53,703 bases of DNA, taken from positions 1-53,703 of the forward strand of contig CAURYI010000001.1 in NCBI GenBank assembly GCA_963529075.1, in the 5' to 3' direction. A program made the translations under genes and the position numbers. Shown here piece by piece: positions 1-9,699 of the stretch (position 1 is its first letter; each line of letters opens with the position of its first letter). The DNA comes from an uncultured Eubacteriales bacterium. GTDB lineage: Bacteria > Bacillota > Clostridia > TANB77 > CAG-508. The notes under the pieces are model-generated. The model searched no databases. It saw only the letters and a list, made by a program, of their open reading frames with translations, and was not told where the DNA came from.

Positions 1-1
1 A

Positions 2-3000
2 AATTTAAGCAAGACATTGAATGATTCAAATAATGCAAGTAGAAAGAGACCAGTTTCAATCAAATATGTATTAAAGAATAAAGAAACAGTAGTATCAGAA
101 AAAGTTGTAGCAGGAAATGAAACAACAGATGCAGACTGGACACACACATTCACAGGTCTAGCAAAATATGATAATCATAACGATGAAATCAAATACACAT
201 TAGAAGAAAAAGAAGCAAATGAAGGAGAATTAAAATTCTACACAAAGCAAGTAAACGGAGATTACAAAGCCGGATTTAATGTCGTAAATACATTCAAAGT
301 ACCGGACGAAAGAATCAATGTAAGAGTAAGCAAAATATGGAATGATGATTCAAATTCAAGAAGCAAGAGACCAACAAGCATTAAATATATAATCACTGAT
401 GGACAAAATACAGTAGAACAAATCGTAACAGGAGAAAGCAATACAAATACAAATTGGTCATACGAATTTAGCAATTTAGTAAAATATGAAGCAAACACTG
501 GAAACGAAATAAGTTACACTGTAAGAGAAGAAGAAGTAAATCTAGGAGATTTAAAATTCTATGAATCAACAATCAGTGGAGATTACAAAGCAGGAATCAA
601 TGTTACAAACAAATTTGTTGTACCAAATGACAAAGTAACACCAAGAGTAAAAATCATATGGGAAGACAATAATAACAATGGAAACAAGAGACCAAGCAAT
701 GTAAAAATAATTGTAAAAGATAAAGAAGGCAAAGTTGTAAAAGAAGGAAATGTTACAGGAAATCCAACAGATGAAGAATGGAATAAAGTATTTGAAAACG
801 TACCAAAATACGACAAAGATGGAAATCCAATTCCATATACAGTAGAAGAGAAACCAAATAGCCCAGATGATTTCAAATTCTATAAAATAACCGTAACAGG
901 GGATATAGACAAAGGATATGAAGTAACAAATAAATTCGAAGTACCAGACGAAAAAGTAACAGTAAAAGTTAAAAAAGTATGGGAAGACAATAATAATACA
1001 GCAAGCAAGAGACCAGCAGCAATCAAAGTACAATTAAAGAATAATGCAGCAATAGTAAGAGAAGAAAGAGTTACAGGATCAGGAAGTGAGTGGAAATACA
1101 CATTTGAAAATGTATCAAAATACAATGGATATGGAGATGTTATCAATTATTCAATAGAAGAAATCGAAGATAAAACAGAAGATTTAAAATTCTATGAAAA
1201 GAAGATAACAGGAGATAAGGACAGCGAATATGTAATAACAAACAAATTCAAGGTACCGGATGAAAAGATTGATATAAATGTAAATAAAACTTGGGAAGAT
1301 AATAATAATTCAGCAAACAAGAGACCAACATCAATTAAGTACATCTTAAAAGGTGGAGCTGCAGAAGTAGAAGAATTAGTAAGTGGAAACAGAACAACTG
1401 ATGCAAATTGGTCATATAAATTCAAGAATGTGAATAAATATGATAATAATGCGAACGAGATCCAATACACATTAGAAGAACAAGAAGTAAATGACAATGA
1501 CTTAAAATTCTATACAAAGAAAGTAAGTGGAGAACAAACAAACGGATTCGCAGTAGTAAATAAATTCATAGTACCAAATGAAAAAGTTACAGTAAAAGTA
1601 AGTAAAACATGGGATGATAACAATAACACAGCAAACAAGAGACCATCTTCAATCAAATATGAAGTATTGAATGGAAATAACCAAATAGTTGCAAGCAAAG
1701 TACAAAGCGGAAACAAAAATACAGCAGATGGATGGAGCCATAACTTCGAATTAGACAAATATGATGCTTTAGGAAACGAAGAAGTGTACAATGTACAAGA
1801 AGTAGAAGTAAATCAAAATGACTTTAAGTTCTACAGAGCAACAGTAAGTGGAAATTACAAGAGTGGATTCACGGTAACAAACAAATTTGAAGTACCAAAT
1901 GAAGAAGTAACACCAAAAATCTCAGTAGAGTGGAAAGATAATTCAAACCAAAACAATAAGAGACCAACAAGTGTTAAGATACAAGTAAAAGATGAAGAAG
2001 GAAAAATTGTAAAAGAAAGCCCAGTAACAGGATTAATAACAGAAGAAAGTTGGAAGAAGATATTTGAAAATGTACCAAAGTACAACAAAAACGGAGATCC
2101 AATCAATTACACAATAACAGAAGAACCAAATAATCCAAACGACTTAGAATTCTATACAACAACAACATCAGGAAATATTACAAATGGATTTAAAGTATTA
2201 AATACATATGCAGTACCAGGAACAACTATTAACTTAAAAGCCAACAAGAAGTGGGTTGACGGACATAATGCAAAGAATAAGAGACCAAAATCAATTAAAA
2301 TAGAGGTAAGAAATAATAATGAAGTAATTGCAGACAAAGAAGTCAAAGGTGATAGAACAACGGATGCAAATTGGGAAGTAGAATTCAAAAACTTACCAAA
2401 ATACAATCCAACAACAGGAACAGAAAATGTATATACAGTAACAGAATCAGAAGTAAATCCAGGAGAATTAATGTATTACACATCAGCTGTAAATGGAAAC
2501 ACAATTACAAATACAATAAAACCATTAACAGAAGGTAAGATAGAAGATTCAAAAGTAGAAAAAGAATCAACATTAGCGAAGATAACAAAAGTAGACGAAA
2601 TAGTACCATATACAATAACTTACAAAGGTAAGATCAAAGAATATATGGGAGATGCAGTAGTAAAAATAGTTGATGAATTACCATTCAAATTGGACTTAAG
2701 TAAATCAAACATCATGGACGGAAGTTATGATGATGAAAGCAAAACAATTACATGGACAGAAAATTTACACAACATAGACACACATAATAATGGTGACAAA
2801 GAAGTAGAAATCAAGAAAGAAATTAAATTAGTATATAAAGACTTCAAGATTTCAGAAGATAATCTAAAAGTAACAAACAAAGTTAGAACTGAGATAAGTT
2901 TAAAAGAATTAAATAAGAAGATAACAGAAAATAATACAAAAGAAATACCAGCAGAAATAAGTTCAAAGGTAACAGTAAAATATGTGTTAAAATCAAATAG

Positions 3001-3976
3001 AAGTATGAAATTGAAGGAAGATAAAGTTATCACAGGCCACGTAGGCGATGCATATCAAACAACAATTCCAAACGATATAGATCAAAACGCTTATGAATTC
3101 GTAGAGGTAGAAGGAAATGAAAATGGAAAGATATCTCAAGAAGAAAAAGTAGTAACATATTTATACAAGAAGAAATTCGGAAAAGTAGTAGTAAGTTATG
3201 TAGAGAAATCAACAGGAATGAAATTACAAAATGACGAAGTAATAAATGGAAATATCAATGAGCCATATAATACAGAAGCAAAAGATATTGAGTATTATAA
3301 TTTAGTATCAACTGAAAAATCTGAAAACATTAAGCCAGTAATAACAGAAGAAGAACAAAAAATCACATATTATTATGAGAAGAAAGTTTTCAATATTGAA
3401 ATCGATAAAGAGCTAAAAGAAGCAACAATAGATGGAGAAAAGAGAACATTCAGAAATGGAAAATTCACAAAATTAGATATCCCAGTAAAGAAGATATTAA
3501 ATAGTGAAGTAAAAGTAAGATATTCAATCAATGTAAAAAATACTGGAGAAATCAAAGGAAGCATAGTAGTTCAAGAAAATATTCCAAAATACTTTACAAT
3601 GAACCCTTCAGAGAATCCAGATTGGAGAATCGAACATGGTAAAATTGTAAGCAAAAAAATAGAACTAAATCCAGGAGAAAGCAAAGAATTAAGTATCACA
3701 TTAAAGTGGACAAATTCAAAAGACAATTTTGGAACATTAGTAAATAAAGCAGGAATAGAAAAAACAGAGAACAATGCAGGATTCGAAGAAACAGACACCG
3801 AAGAAGAAAAGAAAGGAAAGAAACAACAAGCCACTCTAGTATTAGTACCAAAGACAGGGTTGGATATAAACAAACTATTACAAATGACAGGTGTTGGAAT
3901 CACATTAACAGCTTTAGTAGCAGCAATGGGATATACAGTATCAAGAAAAGTAAGAGATGAATATATCAATAATTAA
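2..3976 (+). CDS. Cell-wall-anchored surface adhesin, 5'-truncated by the window edge: 8 Cna-B-type repeats, 2 MucBP-like modules, LPXTG-type sorting signal
   Basis: The frame is open from nt 2, and the TTG at 17 lies inside a repeat. There are eight ~105-aa repeats with the Cna-B signature (VxKxWxDxxNxxxKRPxSIK...KY...YTxxE...KFY). Two modules resemble MucBP (VTVKYVLKS...YLYKKK and VVVSYVEKS...YYYEKK). The C-terminus reads LVPKTG, then a hydrophobic helix, then an RKVRDE tail. Confidence 0.85.
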   Translation, partial: NLSKTLNDSNNASRKRPVSIKYVLKNKETVVSEKVVAGNETTDADWTHTFTGLAKYDNHNDEIKYTLEEKEANEGELKFYTKQVNGDYKAGFNVVNTFKVPDERINVRVSKIWNDDSNSRSKRPTSIKYIITDGQNTVEQIVTGESNTNTNWSYEFSNLVKYEANTGNEISYTVREEEVNLGDLKFYESTISGDYKAGINVTNKFVVPNDKVTPRVKIIWEDNNNNGNKRPSNVKIIVKDKEGKVVKEGNVTGNPTDEEWNKVFENVPKYDKDGNPIPYTVEEKPNSPDDFKFYKITVTGDIDKGYEVTNKFEVPDEKVTVKVKKVWEDNNNTASKRPAAIKVQLKNNAAIVREERVTGSGSEWKYTFENVSKYNGYGDVINYSIEEIEDKTEDLKFYEKKITGDKDSEYVITNKFKVPDEKIDINVNKTWEDNNNSANKRPTSIKYILKGGAAEVEELVSGNRTTDANWSYKFKNVNKYDNNANEIQYTLEEQEVNDNDLKFYTKKVSGEQTNGFAVVNKFIVPNEKVTVKVSKTWDDNNNTANKRPSSIKYEVLNGNNQIVASKVQSGNKNTADGWSHNFELDKYDALGNEEVYNVQEVEVNQNDFKFYRATVSGNYKSGFTVTNKFEVPNEEVTPKISVEWKDNSNQNNKRPTSVKIQVKDEEGKIVKESPVTGLITEESWKKIFENVPKYNKNGDPINYTITEEPNNPNDLEFYTTTTSGNITNGFKVLNTYAVPGTTINLKANKKWVDGHNAKNKRPKSIKIEVRNNNEVIADKEVKGDRTTDANWEVEFKNLPKYNPTTGTENVYTVTESEVNPGELMYYTSAVNGNTITNTIKPLTEGKIEDSKVEKESTLAKITKVDEIVPYTITYKGKIKEYMGDAVVKIVDELPFKLDLSKSNIMDGSYDDESKTITWTENLHNIDTHNNGDKEVEIKKEIKLVYKDFKISEDNLKVTNKVRTEISLKELNKKITENNTKEIPAEISSKVTVKYVLKSNRSMKLKEDKVITGHVGDAYQTTIPNDIDQNAYEFVEVEGNENGKISQEEKVVTYLYKKKFGKVVVSYVEKSTGMKLQNDEVINGNINEPYNTEAKDIEYYNLVSTEKSENIKPVITEEEQKITYYYEKKVFNIEIDKELKEATIDGEKRTFRNGKFTKLDIPVKKILNSEVKVRYSINVKNTGEIKGSIVVQENIPKYFTMNPSENPDWRIEHGKIVSKKIELNPGESKELSITLKWTNSKDNFGTLVNKAGIEKTENNAGFEETDTEEEKKGKKQQATLVLVPKTGLDINKLLQMTGVGITLTALVAAMGYTVSRKVRDEYINN

Positions 3977-3990
3977 TTTATACCAAAATA

Positions 3991-4020
3991 AAAAAGGCTT
4001 CATGGTGTGAAGTCTTTTTT
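3991..4020 (+). terminator. Rho-independent terminator after the adhesin gene
   Basis: 9-bp stem AAGGCTTCA/TGAAGTCTT with a 5-nt loop, followed by a T6 run. Confidence 0.75.
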
Positions 4021-4124
4021 ACTATATAATTAAAAAATAAAAGTATTAAACACAAATTGTTGTAAAATATGATAGAATAAAAAATATAATAAATCATATC
4101 ATTTATTATAAAGGAGGAAATAAA

Positions 4125-5141
4125 ATGTTAAATGTAGGAATAATATATGGAGGGCAATCAACAGAACATGATATATCAATATTATCTTCCAAATACGTTA
4201 TAGATAACATTGATAAAAATAAATATAATGTAACAGAGATATATATTGATAAAAAAGGAAATTGGAAAGATAATACTAGTAAAAAAGATATTATAAATAC
4301 TGTAGAATTTTTAAAACAATTTAACGTAATATTTCCTGTTTTACATGGATTATATGGAGAAGATGGAAGCTTACAAGGTATGCTAGAGTTAATTGGTATT
4401 CCATATGTAGGGTGTGGAGTATTATCATCAGCAATATGCATGGATAAAGTATATGCAAAAATAATATTTGATAGATGCAAAATTAAAAATGCAAAATCAA
4501 TATTTATAAAATATATTTCAAATAACAAATATATGTATTTTGATAAGGAGTTTAATGAAAGAATAGTAACTAATGATGATTTAAAATCTATAATAAATAC
4601 AGAGTTAAAATATCCAATATTTGTAAAACCATCAAATTCTGGATCTTCTATAGGAATTCAAAAAGTACATGAATATAATAAGTTGAAAGAAGCAATAGAA
4701 AACGCCGCAAAATATGATTCTAAAATATTAATTGAAGAAGGCATCATAGGTAAAGAAGTAGAAGTTGCAGTATTAGGTAATCCAGAATTAGGAATGGAAG
4801 TGTCAAATGTTGGAGAAATATCTCCCATAGAAGAGTTTTATTCATATAGCTCAAAATATGAAAACTCAACAAATCAAACCAATGTGCCAGCAGATTTAAT
4901 AAAAGAACAATCAGAAAAAATAAAAAAAATAGCAAAACAATTATTTATGGCCATAGATGGTAATGGGCTATCACGTATAGATTTTTTTGTAGAAGATAAT
5001 ACTGGAGAAATATACATTAATGAAATAAATACTTTACCAGGGTTAACTAATATTAGTATGTATCCAATCTTGATGGAACAGTTTGGATATAGTAAAACAG
5101 AACTAATAAATAAATTGCTACACCTAGCAAAAGCAAAATAG
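4125..5141 (+). CDS. ddl: D-alanine--D-alanine ligase
   Basis: 338 aa. N-terminal IIYGGQSTEHDIS motif and an ATP-grasp-type body (YPIFVKPSNSGSSIG, EINTLPG). AAGGAGG RBS upstream. Confidence 0.9.
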   Translation: MLNVGIIYGGQSTEHDISILSSKYVIDNIDKNKYNVTEIYIDKKGNWKDNTSKKDIINTVEFLKQFNVIFPVLHGLYGEDGSLQGMLELIGIPYVGCGVLSSAICMDKVYAKIIFDRCKIKNAKSIFIKYISNNKYMYFDKEFNERIVTNDDLKSIINTELKYPIFVKPSNSGSSIGIQKVHEYNKLKEAIENAAKYDSKILIEEGIIGKEVEVAVLGNPELGMEVSNVGEISPIEEFYSYSSKYENSTNQTNVPADLIKEQSEKIKKIAKQLFMAIDGNGLSRIDFFVEDNTGEIYINEINTLPGLTNISMYPILMEQFGYSKTELINKLLHLAKAK

Positions 5142-5165
5142 AAGACCAGCAATCGCTGGTCTTTT
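5142..5165. terminator. Bidirectional terminator between ddl and the convergent orphan gene
   Basis: AAGACCAGC-AATC-GCTGGTCTT hairpin flanked by A and T runs. Confidence 0.75.
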
Positions 5166-5167
5166 AT

Positions 5168-5650
5168 TTATATCATACTTAAAAATTGATCGGCAGAAAT
5201 GTCCGATTTTGTATCCCCAATAGGAATTTGTGCCTCATCCAGTTTCAAATTGTATAAAATAGTATACTTTGAACATGGATTTTTCAATAAGATATTCCTA
5301 ATATGTCTTTTTTGATCTTTATCTAAATTATGTGGCAAATATACCACATAATTAGACGTTTTTGAACCATAACGCGCAATGTTGAGAAAGAGCACATTGC
5401 CCATATCAGAAAGATAATAAGCAAGGAACCCTATGCTATTCAATTTGCATAGTTTCCTGTATGCTACATCGCTACGAAAAGGTTCAGTAGTTTTAAAAAA
5501 CTCAACAATAGTAGAAATATGGTTATTTGCCATTCTCTCTAAAATTGTAGATGGGTTAGCGTCTCCGATATCAAAACGCAATCCTTGAGTGTTCTGGCTA
5601 CCGACGAGATACGTACTCCCCATAATGAGAGTAATTAAGTTGTTATTCAT
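5168..5650 (-). CDS. Hypothetical protein (160 aa), compositional outlier
   Basis: Clean ORF with an AGGAGG RBS (CCTCCT on the + strand at 5657-5662). Sampled lines are 38-40% GC, against about 15-30% in the neighbours. I recognise no motif. Confidence 0.6.
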   Translation of the reverse strand: MNNNLITLIMGSTYLVGSQNTQGLRFDIGDANPSTILERMANNHISTIVEFFKTTEPFRSDVAYRKLCKLNSIGFLAYYLSDMGNVLFLNIARYGSKTSNYVVYLPHNLDKDQKRHIRNILLKNPCSKYTILYNLKLDEAQIPIGDTKSDISADQFLSMI

Positions 5651-5824
5651 GATGTCCTCCTAACATCAAAACAAAATCAAGTAATCACGTAAGATTCTTA
5701 ATTCAACAATAAGTTACATAATAATTATAACATAAAGATAAAAAATGAGCAATCAATATAAAAGAAAAGACAAAGATTATTGAATGTGCTAAAATAAATT
5801 TAATAAGTTTTGTAGGAGAAAATA

Positions 5825-6454
5825 ATGCAAAATTGGAAAAAGTACTATGATAAAACTAAAAAAGAAAAACCCAGAAATAACGTAAAAGGATTTATAGAAA
5901 ATATAAAAATAGAGCCAACAAATGCAATCGATTTAGGATGTGGCTCAGGAAATGATACAATTTATTTAATACAAAATAATTGGAGTGTATTAGGTATAGA
6001 TAAAGAAAATGTTGAAGAAATAATAAGAGAAAGACTATCACAAGATAAGCAAAAATATTTTCAATTTAAAAAACAAAAATTAGAAGATTTAAAAATCCCA
6101 AATACAGATTTAATAATAGCTAATTTTAGTTTATCATTTTGTAAAAAAGAATATTTCAAATTAATGTGGCAGAAAATTGTAGAATCAATTAATTTAAATG
6201 GATATTTTGTAGGAACAATATTAGGAATCAATGATTCATGGAATAAAGAATGTAGAGACATGAGTTTTTTTGACAAAGAAGATGTTAAAAGATTATTTAA
6301 TAAATTTAAGATCATACGATTTGAAGAAATAGAAAATGATAAACCAACAGCATTAGGAGAAGAAAAACATTGGCATTTTTATAGTATAATAGCTCAAAAG
6401 GAGTACAAAAATGAATATAGGCGAAATTTTAAAAATATCAGAAAATTATATTAA
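5825..6454 (+). CDS. Class I SAM-dependent methyltransferase
   Basis: SAM-binding motif I DLGCGSGNDTIYL. 209 aa. AGGAGA RBS. Confidence 0.75.
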   Translation: MQNWKKYYDKTKKEKPRNNVKGFIENIKIEPTNAIDLGCGSGNDTIYLIQNNWSVLGIDKENVEEIIRERLSQDKQKYFQFKKQKLEDLKIPNTDLIIANFSLSFCKKEYFKLMWQKIVESINLNGYFVGTILGINDSWNKECRDMSFFDKEDVKRLFNKFKIIRFEEIENDKPTALGEEKHWHFYSIIAQKEYKNEYRRNFKNIRKLY

Positions 6455-7064
6455 AGACAATTTTATTAAAGAAAGTACAGGACATGATTGGTGGCATATC
6501 AAAAGAGTTCATGACTTAGCAATAAAAATTAATGAAACAGAGCATCAAAATGAATTTGTAATAAAAATGATTGCATTATTCCATGATGTATTTGACGAAA
6601 AATTTTCAGAAGGTAATGTGGTAGAAAATTTAATAGAATTAATGAAAAAATTAAATATTTACAATGACATTGAACAAGATGAATTAGAAAATATATTAAA
6701 TTCAATTAACAACTTAGGATATAAAGGTGGATTTAATACAGTAGAAATTTCAGAAGAAGGAAAAATAGTACAAGATGCAGACAGAATAGATAGTATAGGA
6801 GCAATAGGGATTGCAAGATGTTTTGCATTTGGTGGAAAAAAAGGCAATACAATATACAATCCAGAAGTTGGAATTATTGAAGTAAATACATACGAAGAGT
6901 ACAGGAACAAAGAAAGACATTCAATAAATCATTTTTATGAAAAATTATTAAAAATAAAGGACACAATAAATACAGAAACAGCAAAGATGATAGCGATCGA
7001 AAGAACAAAATACATGGAAGAATTCTTAGAAGAATTTTATAAAGAATGGGAAGGTCAAGCCTAA
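6411..7064 (+). CDS. HD-domain phosphohydrolase (YedJ-like)
   Basis: WWHIKRVHDLA, LFHDV and DADRIDSIGAIGIARCFAFGG motifs. AAGGAG RBS. Overlaps the upstream gene by 44 nt. Confidence 0.8.
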   Translation: MNIGEILKISENYIKDNFIKESTGHDWWHIKRVHDLAIKINETEHQNEFVIKMIALFHDVFDEKFSEGNVVENLIELMKKLNIYNDIEQDELENILNSINNLGYKGGFNTVEISEEGKIVQDADRIDSIGAIGIARCFAFGGKKGNTIYNPEVGIIEVNTYEEYRNKERHSINHFYEKLLKIKDTINTETAKMIAIERTKYMEEFLEEFYKEWEGQA

Positions 7065-7088
7065 TAAGACTTAAGGGGAAGTTTTAGA

Positions 7089-7673
7089 ATGGATTCATAC
7101 AAGACATTAAAATTTATTTTAAAGCCTATATTTAAAATATTATATAGACCAACAATAATAAATAAAGAAAAAATTCCAGCCGAAAAAGCATTTATATTCG
7201 CAGGAAATCATAAAAACGCTCTGGACCCAGCATTAGTAGCGTTATCAACAAAAAGAACAGTAAGATTTTTAGCAAAAAAAGAACTATTAGAAGGAAAAAC
7301 AAAACTATTTTTCAAAGCCATTAAAGCGATACCAGTTGATAGAAAACATACGAGCGTGAGTGCAGTTGATACAGCAATAAAAATATTAAAAGACAATGGA
7401 GTAATAAGTTTATTTCCAGAAGGAACACGCAATAAAACAAATAAAATTTTATTACCATTTAAATTTGGAGCAGTATCAATGGCGAAAAAAACAAAATCAC
7501 CAATAGTACCATTTGCAATAACTGGGGATTACAAACTATTTAGAAAAGGAATTAAAATAGAGTTTGGAGAACCAATCGATATAAGTAAAATGGAATTACA
7601 AGAAGCCAACGAATATTTAATGCAAAAAGTTGAAGAATTAATAAAAAAGAACATAAATGGAGTAAAACAATGA
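7089..7673 (+). CDS. plsC: 1-acyl-sn-glycerol-3-phosphate acyltransferase
   Basis: HX4D motif (NHKNALDP) and FPEGTR motif. 194 aa. Confidence 0.8.
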   Translation: MDSYKTLKFILKPIFKILYRPTIINKEKIPAEKAFIFAGNHKNALDPALVALSTKRTVRFLAKKELLEGKTKLFFKAIKAIPVDRKHTSVSAVDTAIKILKDNGVISLFPEGTRNKTNKILLPFKFGAVSMAKKTKSPIVPFAITGDYKLFRKGIKIEFGEPIDISKMELQEANEYLMQKVEELIKKNINGVKQ

Positions 7674-8540
7674 GACATGTTTTTATAGTAAATAAATTTT
7701 CACTAAATAAAAAATTGGATACAATATCTGAAAGAATAAAAGAAGTTTGCCAAGAATTGAAAATAGATTACGTAATAGAAACTATAACAAAAGACAACTT
7801 AATGAAAGACGTTTTAAAAAAATATTTAAATAGCAAAAATATAATCATCGCAGTACGGAGGAGATGGAACTGTAAACAGGATTTTAAACAACATAATGGG
7901 CAGTAAAAACTACTTAGGAGTTATACCAGTTGGTACCGGAAACGATTTTTATAAATCAATATTAAAACAAAATACCGAAATGTACGAAAAAATAGATGTC
8001 GCTCAAATAAATGATAAATATTTTATAAATATTGCATGTTTTGGAATTGATGCAGACGTTGGAAATAATACTAAAATAATAAAAAACAAATTAATTCCAA
8101 TCAAACAAAGATATAATGCAAGTCTGATATATACCTTTTTTAAATACAAAAACAAAGAAGCAGAATTCACCAGCAAAGAAGAAAAAAAGCAAGGAAAATT
8201 TACAACAATAGTCATAGCAAATGGAATGTACTATGGTGGAGGATTTCAAATCGCACCAAACAGTAAATATAACGATGGATTATTGGACATTTATTATGCC
8301 AAAGACATGAAAAAATATAAATTACCAGGCCTTATCATAAAAATAAAAAAAGGCACACATGAACAATCAAAAAGCATAAATAAATTTCAAACAACAGAAA
8401 TAACGATAAAATTAAAAGAAGAAACAGTATGCAACATAGATGGAGATGAAATCACAGACACAAATTTTAAAATTAAATTACTTCCACAAGCAATAACTTT
8501 ATATAATAATCAGGAATTAATAAAAAAAGTTTTAGAATAA
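7670..8540 (+). pseudogene. DagK/YegS-family lipid kinase disrupted by a +1 frameshift
   Basis: ORFs 7670-7906 and 7896-8540 are the two halves of one kinase. Skipping C7856 restores ...IIIAV-GGDGTVNRILNNIMGSKNYLGVIPVGTGNDF, the canonical GGDGT/GTGNDF motifs. Confidence 0.8.
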
Positions 8541-8719
8541 AATAATAAATTTGTTGCTAAAATAAAGGATAATAAGGAGATTATTAGACTTAACTAAGTA
8601 AATGGTATTTATAAGGTTGAAAATAATAAATTAGTAAAGTTAATTGCACCTGAAGGTAGAAAAAAGTAGAAATTAGAGATAAAATTGAATTATAAAAAAT
8701 TGAAAGTGAGGAATTAGCT

Positions 8720-9172
8720 ATGAATAAAATATTATCATTTATTATAAATGATAAAAATGAATTTTTGTCGCTTTTAGGAAGTGATAAAGATCCACAATTT
8801 AAAAGATCTTTTTGGTATGTTGTTACTGGAGGATGTGAAGATGAAGATTCATACTTAAAAGAAACTGTAAAGAGAGAAATAAAAGAAGAAACCAACTTAG
8901 ATGTATTAGAATCTACATATTTAAATTGGATATTTAAATATAAATCCTTAGGAAATGATTGTATAGAATATGTTTTTATTTCTAGAGTTAATGATACTGA
9001 TACTGATATTATTTTGAATGAAGAAAGCATAGAGTATAAATGGTGTTCATTAGAGGAATTTGTTAATTTAATTCAATGGTATGGAGATAAAGTTTTACTA
9101 AATAAAGTGTTAGAAAAAGCCATAAATAATAAAATTTATTTTAAAAATGAAAGAATAGAAGAATTCAATTAA
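8720..9172 (+). CDS. NUDIX hydrolase
   Basis: Nudix box GGCEDEDSYLKETVKREIKEETNL. 150 aa. Confidence 0.8.
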   Translation: MNKILSFIINDKNEFLSLLGSDKDPQFKRSFWYVVTGGCEDEDSYLKETVKREIKEETNLDVLESTYLNWIFKYKSLGNDCIEYVFISRVNDTDTDIILNEESIEYKWCSLEEFVNLIQWYGDKVLLNKVLEKAINNKIYFKNERIEEFN

Positions 9173-9295
9173 TTATGTTCAATTATATTAAAAATTTATG
9201 ATTATCGATATATATATTCTAAAATGATATAAAAATAGAGTGAATAAGTATTTATAAACTTATCCACTACAAAAGTTGACAAAGAATAAATAAAA

Positions 9296-9335
9296 AAAGC
9301 ACTATTTTCTAAATTGTTTAGAAAATAGTACTTTG
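9296..9335. terminator. Bidirectional terminator (NUDIX gene / tRNA operon)
   Basis: Perfect inverted repeat GCACTATTTTCTAAA-TTG-TTTAGAAAATAGTAC flanked by A and T runs. Confidence 0.7.
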
Positions 9336-9389
9336 TAATTGTTTGGCTATTCTTAAATTCTATTGAATTTTATTAAAACAGCCATTTGA

Positions 9390-9465
9390 TGGTCGAGGCG
9401 ACAGGGATCGAACCTGCGACCTCATGGTCCCAAACCACGCGCGCTACCAACTGCGCTACGCCTCG
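9390..9465 (-). tRNA. tRNA-Pro (anticodon UGG), CCA encoded
   Basis: 76-nt cloverleaf folded by hand. Acceptor CGAGGCG/CGCCTCG, anticodon loop UUUGGGA, T-loop GGTTCGATCC. Confidence 0.9.
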
Positions 9466-9480
9466 AAGTTAGTTTAAAAA

Positions 9481-9557
9481 TGGTGAGCCAGGAGGGATTC
9501 GAACCCCCGACCTACGGCTTAGAAGGCCGTTGCTCTATCCAACTGAGCTACTGACCC
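9481..9557 (-). tRNA. tRNA-Arg (anticodon UCU), CCA encoded
   Basis: 77 nt. Anticodon stem ACGGC/GCCGT with loop CUUCUAA. T-loop GGTTCGAATCC. D-loop contains GG. Confidence 0.9.
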
Positions 9558-9574
9558 ATTTGACTAACAATATA

Positions 9575-9603
9575 AGTATACTCACTTATGTGAAAAAAGT
9601 CAA
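9575..9603 (-). promoter_or_regulatory. Promoter of the tRNA-Arg/tRNA-Pro operon
   Basis: The minus strand reads TTGACT-17 nt-TATACT, ending about 17 nt upstream of the tRNA-Arg 5' end. Confidence 0.65.
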
Positions 9604-9699
9604 CTATTTTATTAAAATATTATAAAAAAATGGATTTGACAATAAGATACCATAATGGTAAATTTATAAAGAATACATAAATTGGAGGAAATTTATTTA

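Noticed and set aside
262-3969. A dozen 60-155-aa minus-strand ORFs antisense to the adhesin gene
   Set aside because: They are shadows of a repetitive, stop-poor coding strand. They have no RBSs, their composition is hydrophobic or low-complexity, and each lies wholly inside a clearly real + strand gene.
9682-9699. Longer ORF-track starts at 9682, 12087, 12929, 16839, 22200 and 30795
   Set aside because: In each case an internal ATG or TTG lies 5-9 nt after a strong GGAGG-type RBS, while the upstream start has none. For 16839 the upstream start also lies inside the promoter.
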